Assembly: GCF_022045235.1 (NCBI RefSeq)
Contig: NW_027266343.1
Coordinates: forward strand, 50,530,001 to 50,594,000
Direction: 5' to 3'
DNA from: Haliotis cracherodii
Taxonomy: Eukaryota
Length of the DNA: 64,000 bases
The translations under genes were made by a program, and so were the position numbers. This document shows positions 35,690 through 46,749 of the stretch, in pieces. Below the pieces are notes generated by a model. The model was not told where the DNA came from. It made no database searches and was given only the letters and a program-made list of their open reading frames with translations. The number at the start of each line of letters is the position of its first letter. The first letter of the stretch is position 1.

Positions 35690-37720
35690 ACTTGGGTTAC
35701 CAATGGTGCCAATATGGCTGGGTAGCCAACAGAAAAAGATGTATCAACCAGTAGCAAGGTCATTATGTAATTCCATGATGTCAAGCAAAATTGGATGCTG
35801 ACGCGAATTATTTTGAAATGCCCGAAGACAGGAAAGAGAGTCTGAAAAATAATGAATTGCCGTTGGTTAGACTGTTAACTAATGTTTTCTAGAGCTGTTA
35901 AAATGGCATTTCAATCGGCTGAAAAAATGAACCATTTACTCGGTATCCTTAATTATATAGTTCTCCATCCACCAACAGTGTAATGTAGATGCTTCTAAAG
36001 TGATTATATTCATGTTGATACGGTAAAAGATTTGTTTCCTATTTCTTTAATTTGGTCAATGACAGGTCTACCTGTGGCTTTGCCAATTGCCAAAGAGAAG
36101 AGTGAGTGAATATGGTTTTACGCCGCTCTTAGCAATATTCCAGCTATATCACGGCGGGGGACACCAGAAATGGGCTTCACACATTGTAGCCATGTCGGGA
36201 ATCGAACCCTGGTGTTCGGCCCGACGAGCGAATTCTTTAACCACTAGGCTACCCGACCGCCCCTCCAAAGAGAAGATGGCGGAAAGGAGATATATATTGG
36301 TTCAACATTGGCAGCATAATAAAACGTGTAATTCTTATTCCAAGTGAAGGAATTAGAGATGACTTCTTATTGTATACTTCCCCACAAAGGGGTTTGAAGA
36401 CACAGATTATGAAGGGTTGGTCTCTTTAGAATAGAAGTTTTATGATGTGTTGTAACGACAATTTGATACGGAACTGTAAAAGAGATGGCTCATCAGCCTG
36501 AAGATAGACGCCTTGAAAGAGTCAAGAGATAGACTCTTAGACGGCGATGATGGATTGCATCGAGTTATGTAAGCTTACTTTTGCCAGCACCACCAATACG
36601 TGATGGAGCCATAGATCTATACAAGTGAAGCAGTGTTGACTGATCTCTCTCTCTCTCTCCCCCCCCCCCCCCCTACACTTAGAATCAACTATTTATACAC
36701 CCAATGTCCCCCGACAGTTTGTTTTAAGTTATTTATATGTTGCAAGAAAGTACGATGGTCACACAAAGACATTCCAAGGAAGGCCTTTAATGAGTGTGCC
36801 AGTAGACACAATTTTGGGTCACCTTGCTGTTTTTACTTTCGACAGAAATAAATGTAATTAGTTTTTGATTTAGAAATCTTAAATCCATTGAGTTATATGA
36901 TCCATAATTATATTGAAACAAAGCTGAATTGTGTTCCAATCGTGTGCATATGTTTACATCGACCTCATTAAAATCATCCACAAGTAATGCGCATTTGCAG
37001 ATTGATCTAAGACTAAAGATACAGTATTCATTTTGATAAAAAAAAACCAAACGTTACCAATAATATGCTGCCCCGTGGGACACATTCATCTTGACCATAC
37101 ATCTCTGGTGAAGTGTATCCTACACACACCTGGAAATGCCTGTCTGTTAAAAAATAAGATATGGAATTCGGCAAACGGTGTCTCAGTTCCATTTTGCTTA
37201 GATCTTTCATGTTATCTTAATAGATGTATACATATACGGTGTGTTGTTTATTGATTATAGCATTTGTAAATATGTTTCGAATCTAACCAAATGGTCAATA
37301 GTACTTCTATTTGTTCTAAAACCACACCAAATGTTTGCAAGAAGATTATTTGTTTCTAAATACCCAAATAATCTGTTTTCGACCATGCTTTCTATTCTAG
37401 CCTTGCAAACACAGCTATTTAACGATATTGGCCTATACTCAGTGTGATCCCGGATAAGGTTAGGCAATGAAATTATAACATCATTTTAAAGGATATTTCT
37501 CGTTGTCCAGATATGATCAAACATATTAAACAGTGTTTCCATGCATGAATAAGGTAACTGATTCTGAATATTATCAGCACCTGTAGAAGTATGATGAGCT
37601 TGTCCCGTGGCGGTATGCAACCCACAAATGGAAAAGATTTAATTATAATCCTCACCACTATCAGAAATAATATTTTCCTTATTTTTTATATTTCGGAAAT
37701 TTCAGGAAATCAATTGATGA
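35690..37720 (-). mobile_element. Degraded I/Nimb-type LINE (RT plus RNase H), with a family A SINE at 36100-36263
   Basis: YRPISLNSCVCK, GFRTNRSTIDHL, VPRGSIL, LLVDDF, and RNase H motif CWLPSHIG..GN. Confidence 0.75.
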
Positions 37721-37814
37721 GGAAGAATTTTTAGCTACTATTTCATTTGCTATATCTATTGTTAATGATGTGTCACACTAGATTTCCAAAATGATGTGTT
37801 CGTTAAGAACCGTT

Positions 37815-38560
37815 AAATATTTACAGACCAACCCTGTCCAAAATGTATCTCGTTTTCAAAAGGCCTACATTAGAATATGCTTCAGGTGTATGGGATAGCT
37901 TTAGTCAAGAAAACTCCGAAAAACTGGAAATGATTCAATTCGAAGCAGCTCGTATGGTTACAGGTCTCTCTAAATTGTTTCAAGTTCGAGTTCATATTTT
38001 CTGACAGGATGGGAATCGCTATCTAATAGAAGAAAAGCTAAAATGCTTTGTTAAATTTACAACATTGTTGCTAGTGTATGTGCATCGTATTTACATGGCA
38101 CGTCATCACTCAAAATATCAACTAGAGTTACGAAATAGTAACAATATGAATATGCCGCAGTCACGAACGACTACACACCAGCATTTATTTATACCTTCTC
38201 CCATCACCTGAATACAGAAGTACAACATCATTGTCCAATTTCAAACAGATGATTAAAACAAATATTGCAGCTCCACCTCCGTACTTCTAAACCGGCAGCT
38301 GAAGAGCTAGCATTTTACCTCCACGTCTAAGACAGTCTTGCAGTTCCCTAAATGAAGATCTTTTCAAAGTAAATTTTTCTGATACTTCGTCCTGCTCTTT
38401 TTAATGTCCCAAATACTCTATTCTCAGAAATACCATTTTCACAAACCTTTTTACAGCTGGAAGTACGTGTACATGCAAAATATTCTCTATGGTGATGAAA
38501 GTCACAATAATTTAATTTTCAAAAGCTTTCAAAAATATATTCTCAGCAACAAAGGTTCCC
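37815..38560 (+). mobile_element. 3' remnant of a CR1/L2-group LINE
   Basis: RPTLEYASGVWD...LEMIQFEAARMVTG motif, degraded. Confidence 0.6.
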
Positions 38561-38589
38561 GTGAAACGATATAAAACAAGAACCTTATC

Positions 38590-38945
38590 AAAGTAGACGC
38601 ACGCATCTGAAATTCATATTTTCAAACAGACAAAGGACCAGTGAAACAAATTTACACATTTGATGACGTTATGACAAGAGAAAGATGCAATTGAACAGAA
38701 TTGTCAATTCACACGTCAGTCGCGTGTGTGGCCCCTCTCGCTTGGATGCATGCAATGCATCTCCTTCGCTTTGAACGGGTCAAACGTCTAACACAGTATT
38801 GTGGGATGGCATTCCGTATCTCCACCAGCCTGTCTCCACTGTAGTCGGAGCACGTGGTAAACGTTGGAGACGACGGTCCATTTCCTCCCACATGTGTTCA
38901 ATTGGAGAAAGATCTGGTTAGCGAGCAGGCCATGGGATCACATTC
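38590..38945 (-). mobile_element. Tc1 3' fragment
   Basis: PDLSPIEHMW and RRCIACIQARGATH motifs. Confidence 0.65.
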
Positions 38946-38947
<2 letters not shown>

Positions 38948-39021
<74 letters not shown>

Positions 39022-39190
39022 ATAGCTACATAAATGTGTGTGTACATATCTGCTGTGTGTGTATATGTGTATGTACATGTATGTATGTGTATTTATGTGT
39101 AATTATATATGTAGGTTTGCACGTGTATATGACTTTATGTATTCATGTGTATGTACAAGTATCATATATGCATTTTATGTATGTTTATGT
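38948..39190. repeat. (TG)n microsatellite decaying into TG/TA-rich sequence
   Basis: Direct inspection. Confidence 0.95.
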
Positions 39191-39623
39191 TTGCTCCTAA
39201 AACATGTTGATGCTTTTCAAGTAAAATATTTCTCTTTGTTACTTTGAAATGTAATTTAGGCACGGGTGGCCCAGTCGTCTAAGGCGTCGCAATTCGCTGT
39301 GCAGAGTTGCGTCCCATGGGCACCCGAGAAACCTATGATTGTGGTTTCGAATCCCGGTTCGTCCAGCTTATGTTTATAGGTTTGTCAGCACCATACCCGT
39401 GCTCGTGGATTAAACAATGCATATGGAATCCCGTTAACGCACATGTTTTTATACCCATATTATTGGGTAGTGAAATGCATGGGGCTTGCATAAAAGTCAA
39501 CCTTTCCACGGAATGCATGCTGTAGCAGTTGCGTTTTTGTGACTTGATTCCATACATGTACTACAATATTGAAGACCAAACTTTTCTTGTTTGAAAAATA
39601 CACTAAAATATTGGTGTCACAGG

Positions 39624-39774
39624 NNNNNNNNNNNNNNNNNNNNNNNNNNNNNNNNNNNNNNNNNNNNNNNNNNNNNNNNNNNNNNNNNNNNNNNNNNNNN
39701 NNNNNNNNNNNNNNNNNNNNNNNNNNNNNNNNNNNNNNNNNNNNNNNNNNNNNNNNNNNNNNNNNNNNNNNNNN
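39624..39774. other. Assembly gap (Ns)
   Basis: Run of n. Confidence 1.
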
Positions 39775-39894
39775 TAGAGTTCGAGAGTTTTTGTGGTATG
39801 TGAACCTTTTTACCAAAGCAACTTCTTGCACTCTCATTTCAGGCACTATCTCAAGTTCAGTCACATCTTTCAACAATCGATCCCTGTCACTCAT
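39775..39894 (-). CDS. Candidate first coding exon of a small protein (MSDRDRLLKDVTELEIVPEMRVQEVALVKRFTYHKNSRTL...), running into the gap
   Basis: Acceptor gattcttgagtatcag at 39979, in-frame upstream TGA, ATG at 39894, protein-like open frame up to the gap. Confidence 0.4.
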
Positions 39895-39969
39895 AAGTCC
39901 TTTGCTAGCATGCAGTGGTGTATGTGCGTAAACCAAGACCAAAACTCCAACAAACAATCAGTTGACGTC

Positions 39970-40495
39970 AGTTTGAGTCTGATACTCAAGAATCGGATAT
40001 AGGACAGGGGGAATAGTTTAAGCCTGATACTCAAGAATCGGATATAGAACAGGGGGAGTAGTTTGAGTCTGATACTCAAGAATCGGATATAGAATAGGGG
40101 TGTTAGTTTGAGCCTGATATCACAGAATTGGATATAGAATAGGGGGAGTAGTTTGAGCCTGATACTCAAGAATCGGATATAAAATAGGGGAAGTCGTTTG
40201 AGCCTGATATTTAAGAATCGGATATAGAACAGGGGGAGTAGTTTGAGCCTGATATTAAATAATTTGATATAGATAGGGGGAGTAGTTTGAGCCTGATACT
40301 CAAGAATCGGATATAGAATAGTGGGAGTTGTTTGAGCCTGATACTCAAGAATCGGATATAGAACAGGGGGAGTAGCTTGAGCCTGATATTGAATAATTTG
40401 ATATAAATAGGGGGAGTAGTTTGAGCCTGATACTCAAGAATCGGATATAGAATAGGGGGAGTAGTTTGAGCCTGATACTCAAGAATCGGACATAG
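39970..40495 (-). repeat. 45-bp minisatellite (~12 units) containing the putative acceptor junction
   Basis: Sense unit ACTCCCCCTATTCTATATCCGATTCTTGAGTATCAG|GCTCAAACT; last copy runs into unique sequence. Confidence 0.9.
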
Positions 40496-41126
40496 ATTTA
40501 CTACCTAGCCAATTCTCCAAAAAACAAACGGGGCTTACTTTTGCTACAATCCCAAAGGAAGTGTGATTATACAGAAATGTCACATTGTACAAGTACATTG
40601 TTTAAATCACTTTCACTTATGGCAGACGGTATGACAGACTTATCTCGCTCACGCTAGATCATCAGGCCTCTGGGGAGGATGTGTTACCTTGTTACGTGTG
40701 ACTTTGTCGGGCCGGGTTAACATATTTAGCACCGTAAATAATGCTGCATTGCGAGTCATGTGATTACTATACCTCAGAGGGATGCTATAGACTGATAATA
40801 CCTTGTCACGGTGCGCTCTTTTTTAAGTTTTTGATTAGATTGGAAGGAGTTTCCTGTCGTCGTTGAAATAAGAATGGTTTTATGACGTGCCTAAACCGTA
40901 AATCGTACTCTGTTCAACAGCGTATTTCTGAAATATGGTCAAGTCCGCGTTTAAAACAAGTTTTTCAACATTTGCTTAGGGTTTTAGAAAAATTCTGTAC
41001 CTTTAACTGCGGTGGGGTGTAGTACTATGTTACTATAGAAGTGTAGACACCATCTTAACGCCAACAATTTCAAGTCTTGTTTTCGATTTAAATTTTTTGT
41101 ACCAAAATGCTGGCTCTCAGCACAGA

Positions 41127-41297
41127 TGAGTGAATGAGTGAGTATCGTTTTACGCCGCTTTGAGCCATATTCCAGCAATATCACTGCGCCGCAGAGACCA
41201 GAAATGGGCGTCACACATTGTACCCTTGTGAGGAATCGAACCCGGGTCTTCGGCGTGACGAGCGAACGCTTTAACCACTTGGCGACCCCACCTCCCC
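41127..41297 (-). mobile_element. SINE family A (further copies about 33200, 34795, 49883, 50287, 54264, 60633, 63225)
   Basis: Similarity to 14983-15148; several copies have TSDs. Confidence 0.85.
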
Positions 41298-42240
41298 TCA
41301 AGCGTAGTTGAAAACAATGAGAATGATTTATAGGCAAACAATGTCGGATAAATTATTTTCCTTAATAATAAACTTAAACAGGGCTCATATCGTACTTTTG
41401 AGTACGGTCGCCAACATCTGAACACTAGTATACGCTACATTACTCTACATTACGCTAGTGACAACGTCTCCCAAGAACGATTTGTTTATAGAAGGTAGTA
41501 TAATAATCAACACATAAGATTGACAAAAGGGTATATTTCATAAGAAAAAGTATGACAGGGTACTTTTTAAATGTTCTCATGAAAATTAAGTGACAAAATA
41601 TTTCCACAAGCATAAGAACGTGTGTCGGTTGTCCGACTCCGACTGTATCATAAGCATGTTTTTTTGAATCACTGTCAAATATTTATGATACCAGGCTTTC
41701 GCGACACTATGTGTTCATTTGAATATATCAAAGAACAAAATTTAATGTCACTGCATACAATCATTGTAGAGTACTTTGGCCTTCGAAACCTATGAATGTA
41801 GGTTCAAATCCCGGTTCGCCCCGATTATGTTTCTAGGTTTGTCAGCACTGTATCCGTGCTCGTGGGTTTCCCCGAAGTGGTAGACGCCCGAGACATGCAT
41901 CACTTCGGGCTTTCCTCCCACATTAACCTGACAAGCCATGGTATCACTGGAATACTGTTCCAATCGGTGGTAAACCAAATTTACTCGCTCACTCTACCCA
42001 CAAACAATAGACTGTGAGAACTATATGTGTAATTATCGTTAAAAACAGTGGGAACAACCAATGGTCTGTTTGCTGCTTGACGCTGCAAACTCTGCTCCCT
42101 GGGGATCATACCAACCAAGCAGCCCTTTGAACGCCCGACAGCCTTCTTGCTTAGCTTGAACTAATGTGTCAATCGGACTAAAAAGGGAATAATGGTCCAC
42201 ATGAAAGGGAGAAAAGGAACTTCTTCAATGTATGTATAAA

Positions 42241-42712
42241 ACGTTTCAGGGCCAGTTCTTCCCCCATCATCAGGTGAAGGACAATGAAGCCATAATTAGA
42301 TTGCATGCAACTGTGGGTTCGAATCCCGGACTGGACTCAACCCCAAAAGTATGGCAATTCCCTATTTCGACTTGTACCCTAGTTGGGAACATATTAATGT
42401 TGGTACAATATTTGTCATGGGAGTTGAAGCAAGGTGCGTGATGTATCAAGGATTAATAATTTGTTAGATGAGTAGTTGATGGAGTTGATTGGAAGTTTTT
42501 TCACAGGTGATGAGTGTCTGTTCAGTGATATATATGTACCCTGCACTGGGGAGGAAAACGCGTTGATTACAATTAATGGATCGCTTGGCTCGTCTGAGGC
42601 GTATAGCTTCTTGGAGCTTGGACTTTCTCCAGTTGTTCACGTTTGTACAGAAGACCTTAGTGTGTTGCCAGGAAACGGACTGGATGGGATTATTGATGAT
42701 ATGTTCTGATAT
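42241..42712 (-). mobile_element. Penelope element 3' remnant: GIY-YIG C-terminus plus a degenerate hammerhead motif
   Basis: SEHIINNP..SVSWQHTKV...NWRKSKLQEAIRL....IN; downstream CTGATGA-stem-GAAACGTT. Confidence 0.55.
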
Positions 42713-43329
42713 GGGTAATTTCAGGTCTGCTTTTCTTGATAAATATCTTCCTCAACCACAAATTGGAAAAGAAAACACCCAGGCCATTCGGTTTGTCGAA
42801 ATGGAGACGACATTAATAAAAATTAAGTTTGAAAAAAACCCACACTTCGGTTTTTACTTTTTTGGTTTCCACATTCTGCTAATGAGGAGAGTTCAGTTAT
42901 CACGGAAGCATGTAAGCTGGGTCTTGTCTCTGTATATCACAATATAAGCAAGTTGACGATGCGCATAGAGAGCCGGGAACCAGCTTAGGAAGAACGTGAC
43001 GTTATCCATTGTATTATGACGTCACTGAATTGCAGGGTGACGTCATAGAAGTCATATATGTCTCACAAATATCAGAGTTCACGTAGAAAGTAAGTGCCTC
43101 AGAAAATAAATAAGCAACGGTTCGGAGCCGAATGAAATGTTTCGGCATCAAATCAACAATACCATCAACAATATCATCAACAAAATCACCCGCCTCCTTG
43201 GTGTAGTGGACGGAGCGTCTGCCCGGAGAGCGAAAGGTCGGTGGTTCGATTCGCTGAACCCGCCATACCAAAATACGTTAAAAATAGTATTTATTGTTTC
43301 CCTGCCTTGTGCTCGGCATTAAGTGGTGA

Positions 43330-43683
43330 GGTTAGGTGAAATGGGGTTTAACGTCGCGTCCAAGGTTATTGCACTTATATTGCAACGTGCATGTACGTGT
43401 TTGTGTTTGTGTGGCTGTTTGTACTAGTCCGGAGTGATGCCGATTTATAGTGCTAGCTCACTGAGATACAATGCCGCAGTTTAATAGGAATACCCCACTC
43501 AGACACAGCATACTGACTCCGAGCCGACCTGTCCTGGTTAAGCCCCTTAATGCCGAGCACCAGACAGGGTAACAACAAATTCCATCTTTTAACGTCTTTT
43601 GGTATGACGCGACCGGGATCGAACCCCGGACCTACCGCTCTCCGGGCGGACGCTATACAACTTGACCACGGATGCGGTCCGGC
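43330..43683 (-). mobile_element. Meta-domain-like tRNA SINE family D (partial + strand copy at 43190-43325)
   Basis: GGTTCGATCCC box B followed by GTCATACCAAAAGAC.TTAAAAGATGG....GCTCGGCATTAAG core; tail GACGTTAAACCCC. Confidence 0.8.
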
Positions 43684-44444
43684 ATTAAGGACATTAAGCA
43701 AGGACACGTCATATCTGTATAATGTGTGCGCGCTGGTATCCATGTTAAACTGTGGCATTGTATATCAGAGTGGGCTAGCACAAAAAAACACCCACAAACT
43801 TGAAAACACAGAATGTTTATCTAAATTAAAACCCCACCTCAACCCACGGACACTACCGGCAATCCTTATACAGTAATGATCTTTACACTAACACAGACTA
43901 CATCAATAATCCTTATTACAGAATATTTCCCTGAGATGGTTGCCAATTACTGCTGCCGAGAGACATGGGGGATTGGTATTACCGTCATTATTTTGCAAAG
44001 CTGCAGATCTAATGTTTTTGCTGCCAGTGCATGTCTGTCTATTGTTAATGTTTTCATTACCCTGTTGTCATGTGTTTTCAAATTCATGCATCTTGTTTGG
44101 ATTTTGCGGGGTCGAGCATTTTTCACGACGTTGTGGCCTGTGGTGTACTCTATGTAGGCCAACTCGTCAGACAATTGTGACACTTCCAGACAGACGCTGT
44201 CTGCACACATTTCTGAAGAGACTTCGATATTTCAATAACTATCGGAACCGAGCGTTTCCTTCCCACGCACGGATGGATGGATAATATTTGGTGCCGCACT
44301 GGCGGCAGTTGAGCAAGACTTGTAGTGACCTTGACAGTTATAACCACGCGTAGAAGGTAGTGAACAGGTAAACAGACAGTTATATCCATTCGTAGGAGGT
44401 ACCAGGGATTGAATAGGTAAACGGACAGTTTCGCCATGGTGAGG

Positions 44445-44772
44445 TGAGGTGAAATGGGGTTTAACGTCGCGTCCAAGATTATTGCGACTACATAGCGACG
44501 TGCAGTGTGTGTGTGTGTCTGCTTGTCCGGACTGATGCCGATTTATAGTGCTCGCCCTCTGATATACCATGCCGCAGTTTAACATGAATACCCCAATATA
44601 CTGACTCCGAGGCAACCAGTCCTGGTTTAAGCCCCTTAACGCCGAGCACCAGACAGGGTAACAACAAATACCATCTTTTAACGTGTTTTAGAATGACGCT
44701 AACAGGGATCAAACCCCGGACCTTCCGCTGTCCGGGCGGACAGTGTGCCACTAGACCACGGAGGCGGTCCTG
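44445..44772 (-). mobile_element. SINE family D
   Basis: Similarity to 43330-43683; inserted in the start of the 49-bp array. Confidence 0.8.
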
Positions 44773-44799
44773 CATAAGGAGAAGCTACCAAAGAATGAG

Positions 44800-46030
44800 G
44801 AAGGTAAACAGACTGTTATAGCTCGGATTTGTAGTCATGGGTAGGAGGTACCACTATTGAACAGATAAACAGACAGCTATATCTATGAGTAGGAGGTACC
44901 AGTTATAGGGACAGGTAAACGGACAGCCATATCTATGAGTAGGAGGTACCAGGTATTGGACAGGTAAACAGACAGCTATGTCTATGAGTAGGAGGTACCA
45001 GGTATTGGACAGGTAAACAGACAGCTATGTCTATGAGTAGGAGGTATCAGTTATAGGGACAGGTAAACGGACAGCCATATCTATGAGTAAGAGGTACCAG
45101 GTATTGGACAGGTAAACAGACAGCTATGTCTATGAGTAGGAGGTACCAGTTATTGGACAGGTAAACAGACAGCTATATCTATGAGTAGGAGGTACCAGGT
45201 ATTGGAAGGCAAACAGACAGCCATATCTATGAGTAGGAGGTACCAGGTATTGTACAGGTAAACAGACAGCTATATCTATGAGTAGGAGGTACCAGGTATT
45301 TTACAGGTAAACAGACAGCTATATCTATCAGTTGGAGGTACCAGGTATTGGACAGGTAAACAGACAGCTATATCTATGAGTAGGAGGGACCAGGTATTGG
45401 ACAGGTCAACAGACAGCCATATCTATGAGTAGGAGGTACCAGGTATTGGACAGGTAAACAGACAGCCATATCTATAAGTAGGAGGTACCAGGTATTTTAC
45501 AGGTAAACAGACAGCTATATCTATGAGTAGGAGGTACCAGGTATTGTACAGGTAAACAGACAGCTATGTCTATGAGTAGGAGGTACCAGGTATTGTACAG
45601 GTAAACAGACAGCCATATCTATGAGTAGGAGGTACCAGGTATTGGAAGGCAAACAGACAGCCATATGTATCAGTAGGAGGTACCAGGTATTTTACAGGTA
45701 AACAGACAGCTTTATCTATGAGAAGGAGGTACCAGGTATTGAACAGGTAAACATACAGCCATATCTATGAGTAGGAGGTACCACTATTGAACAGATAAAC
45801 AGACAGCTATATCTATGAGTAGGAGGTACCACGTATTGGACAGGTAAACAGACAGCTATATCTATGAGTAGGAGGTACCAGGTATTGGACAGGTAAACGG
45901 ACAGCTATATCTATGAGTAGGAGGTACCAGGTATTTTACAGGTAAACAGACAGCCATATCTATGAGTATGAGGTACCAGGTATTTTACAGGTAAACAGAC
46001 AACTATATCTATGAGTAAGAGGTACCAGGG
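44800..46030. repeat. 49-bp minisatellite (~24 units; degenerate units also at 44355-44430)
   Basis: gagtaggaggtaccaggtattggacaggtaaacagacagctatatctat. Confidence 0.95.
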
Positions 46031-46749
46031 GAATCGGAGGGGAATCGAACTCGGGTCTTCGGCGTGACGAGCAAACACGTTAACCATTAGGCCACCCCAC
46101 CGCCCCGACTGTGAACAGAAAGACACTCTCTGTTTGACAAATCCGAATGGATAATTTTCAAAAGAGAACACTTATATCGAGATATATTTATGTAAATGAG
46201 AGTCAAGTGATGGGTTTATGAGGTGTAACCGGACTATGGGTGAACATATCCTACACGCTGTATATTTATCTATATACATGGGTAGATGTTACAACAGTAG
46301 TATCAATCGTCCAGTACCTGCAGATATCAGAGTTGATACACCAACGCCCAAGTATACGTGGATATCAGACCTCTCGTCCAATTGAAAAGCCGTAAATCGT
46401 GTATATTCAAATACACAGAAATGCATATCTTCATACAGTGATAAAATGGGTATATTTATATATATACGTGAGGTTATACTTGACATACAACCTCACGTAT
46501 ATACTAACATACATAACATAATATACGCTAAGGTTATATAACTCTCGACGCACGGTCATATGGTGAGAAACCCATATATAAAATTCAAACATATTACCAT
46601 GCAAACAAACAGGCTTGAAGGAGACAGTAGGAGCATTACATAAATATATAAAACTACATGCAAATAAAGTGATCGATAGATAGAACATGTACTGTGGTAA
46701 AATCACTTGTAATAAAGCTCTCTGCGAACAAAAAAATTAAAACACATAT

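Noticed and set aside
23572-46030. CRISPR-like appearance of the regular arrays
   Set aside because: Units are contiguous with no unique spacers, there are no cas genes, and the context is eukaryotic
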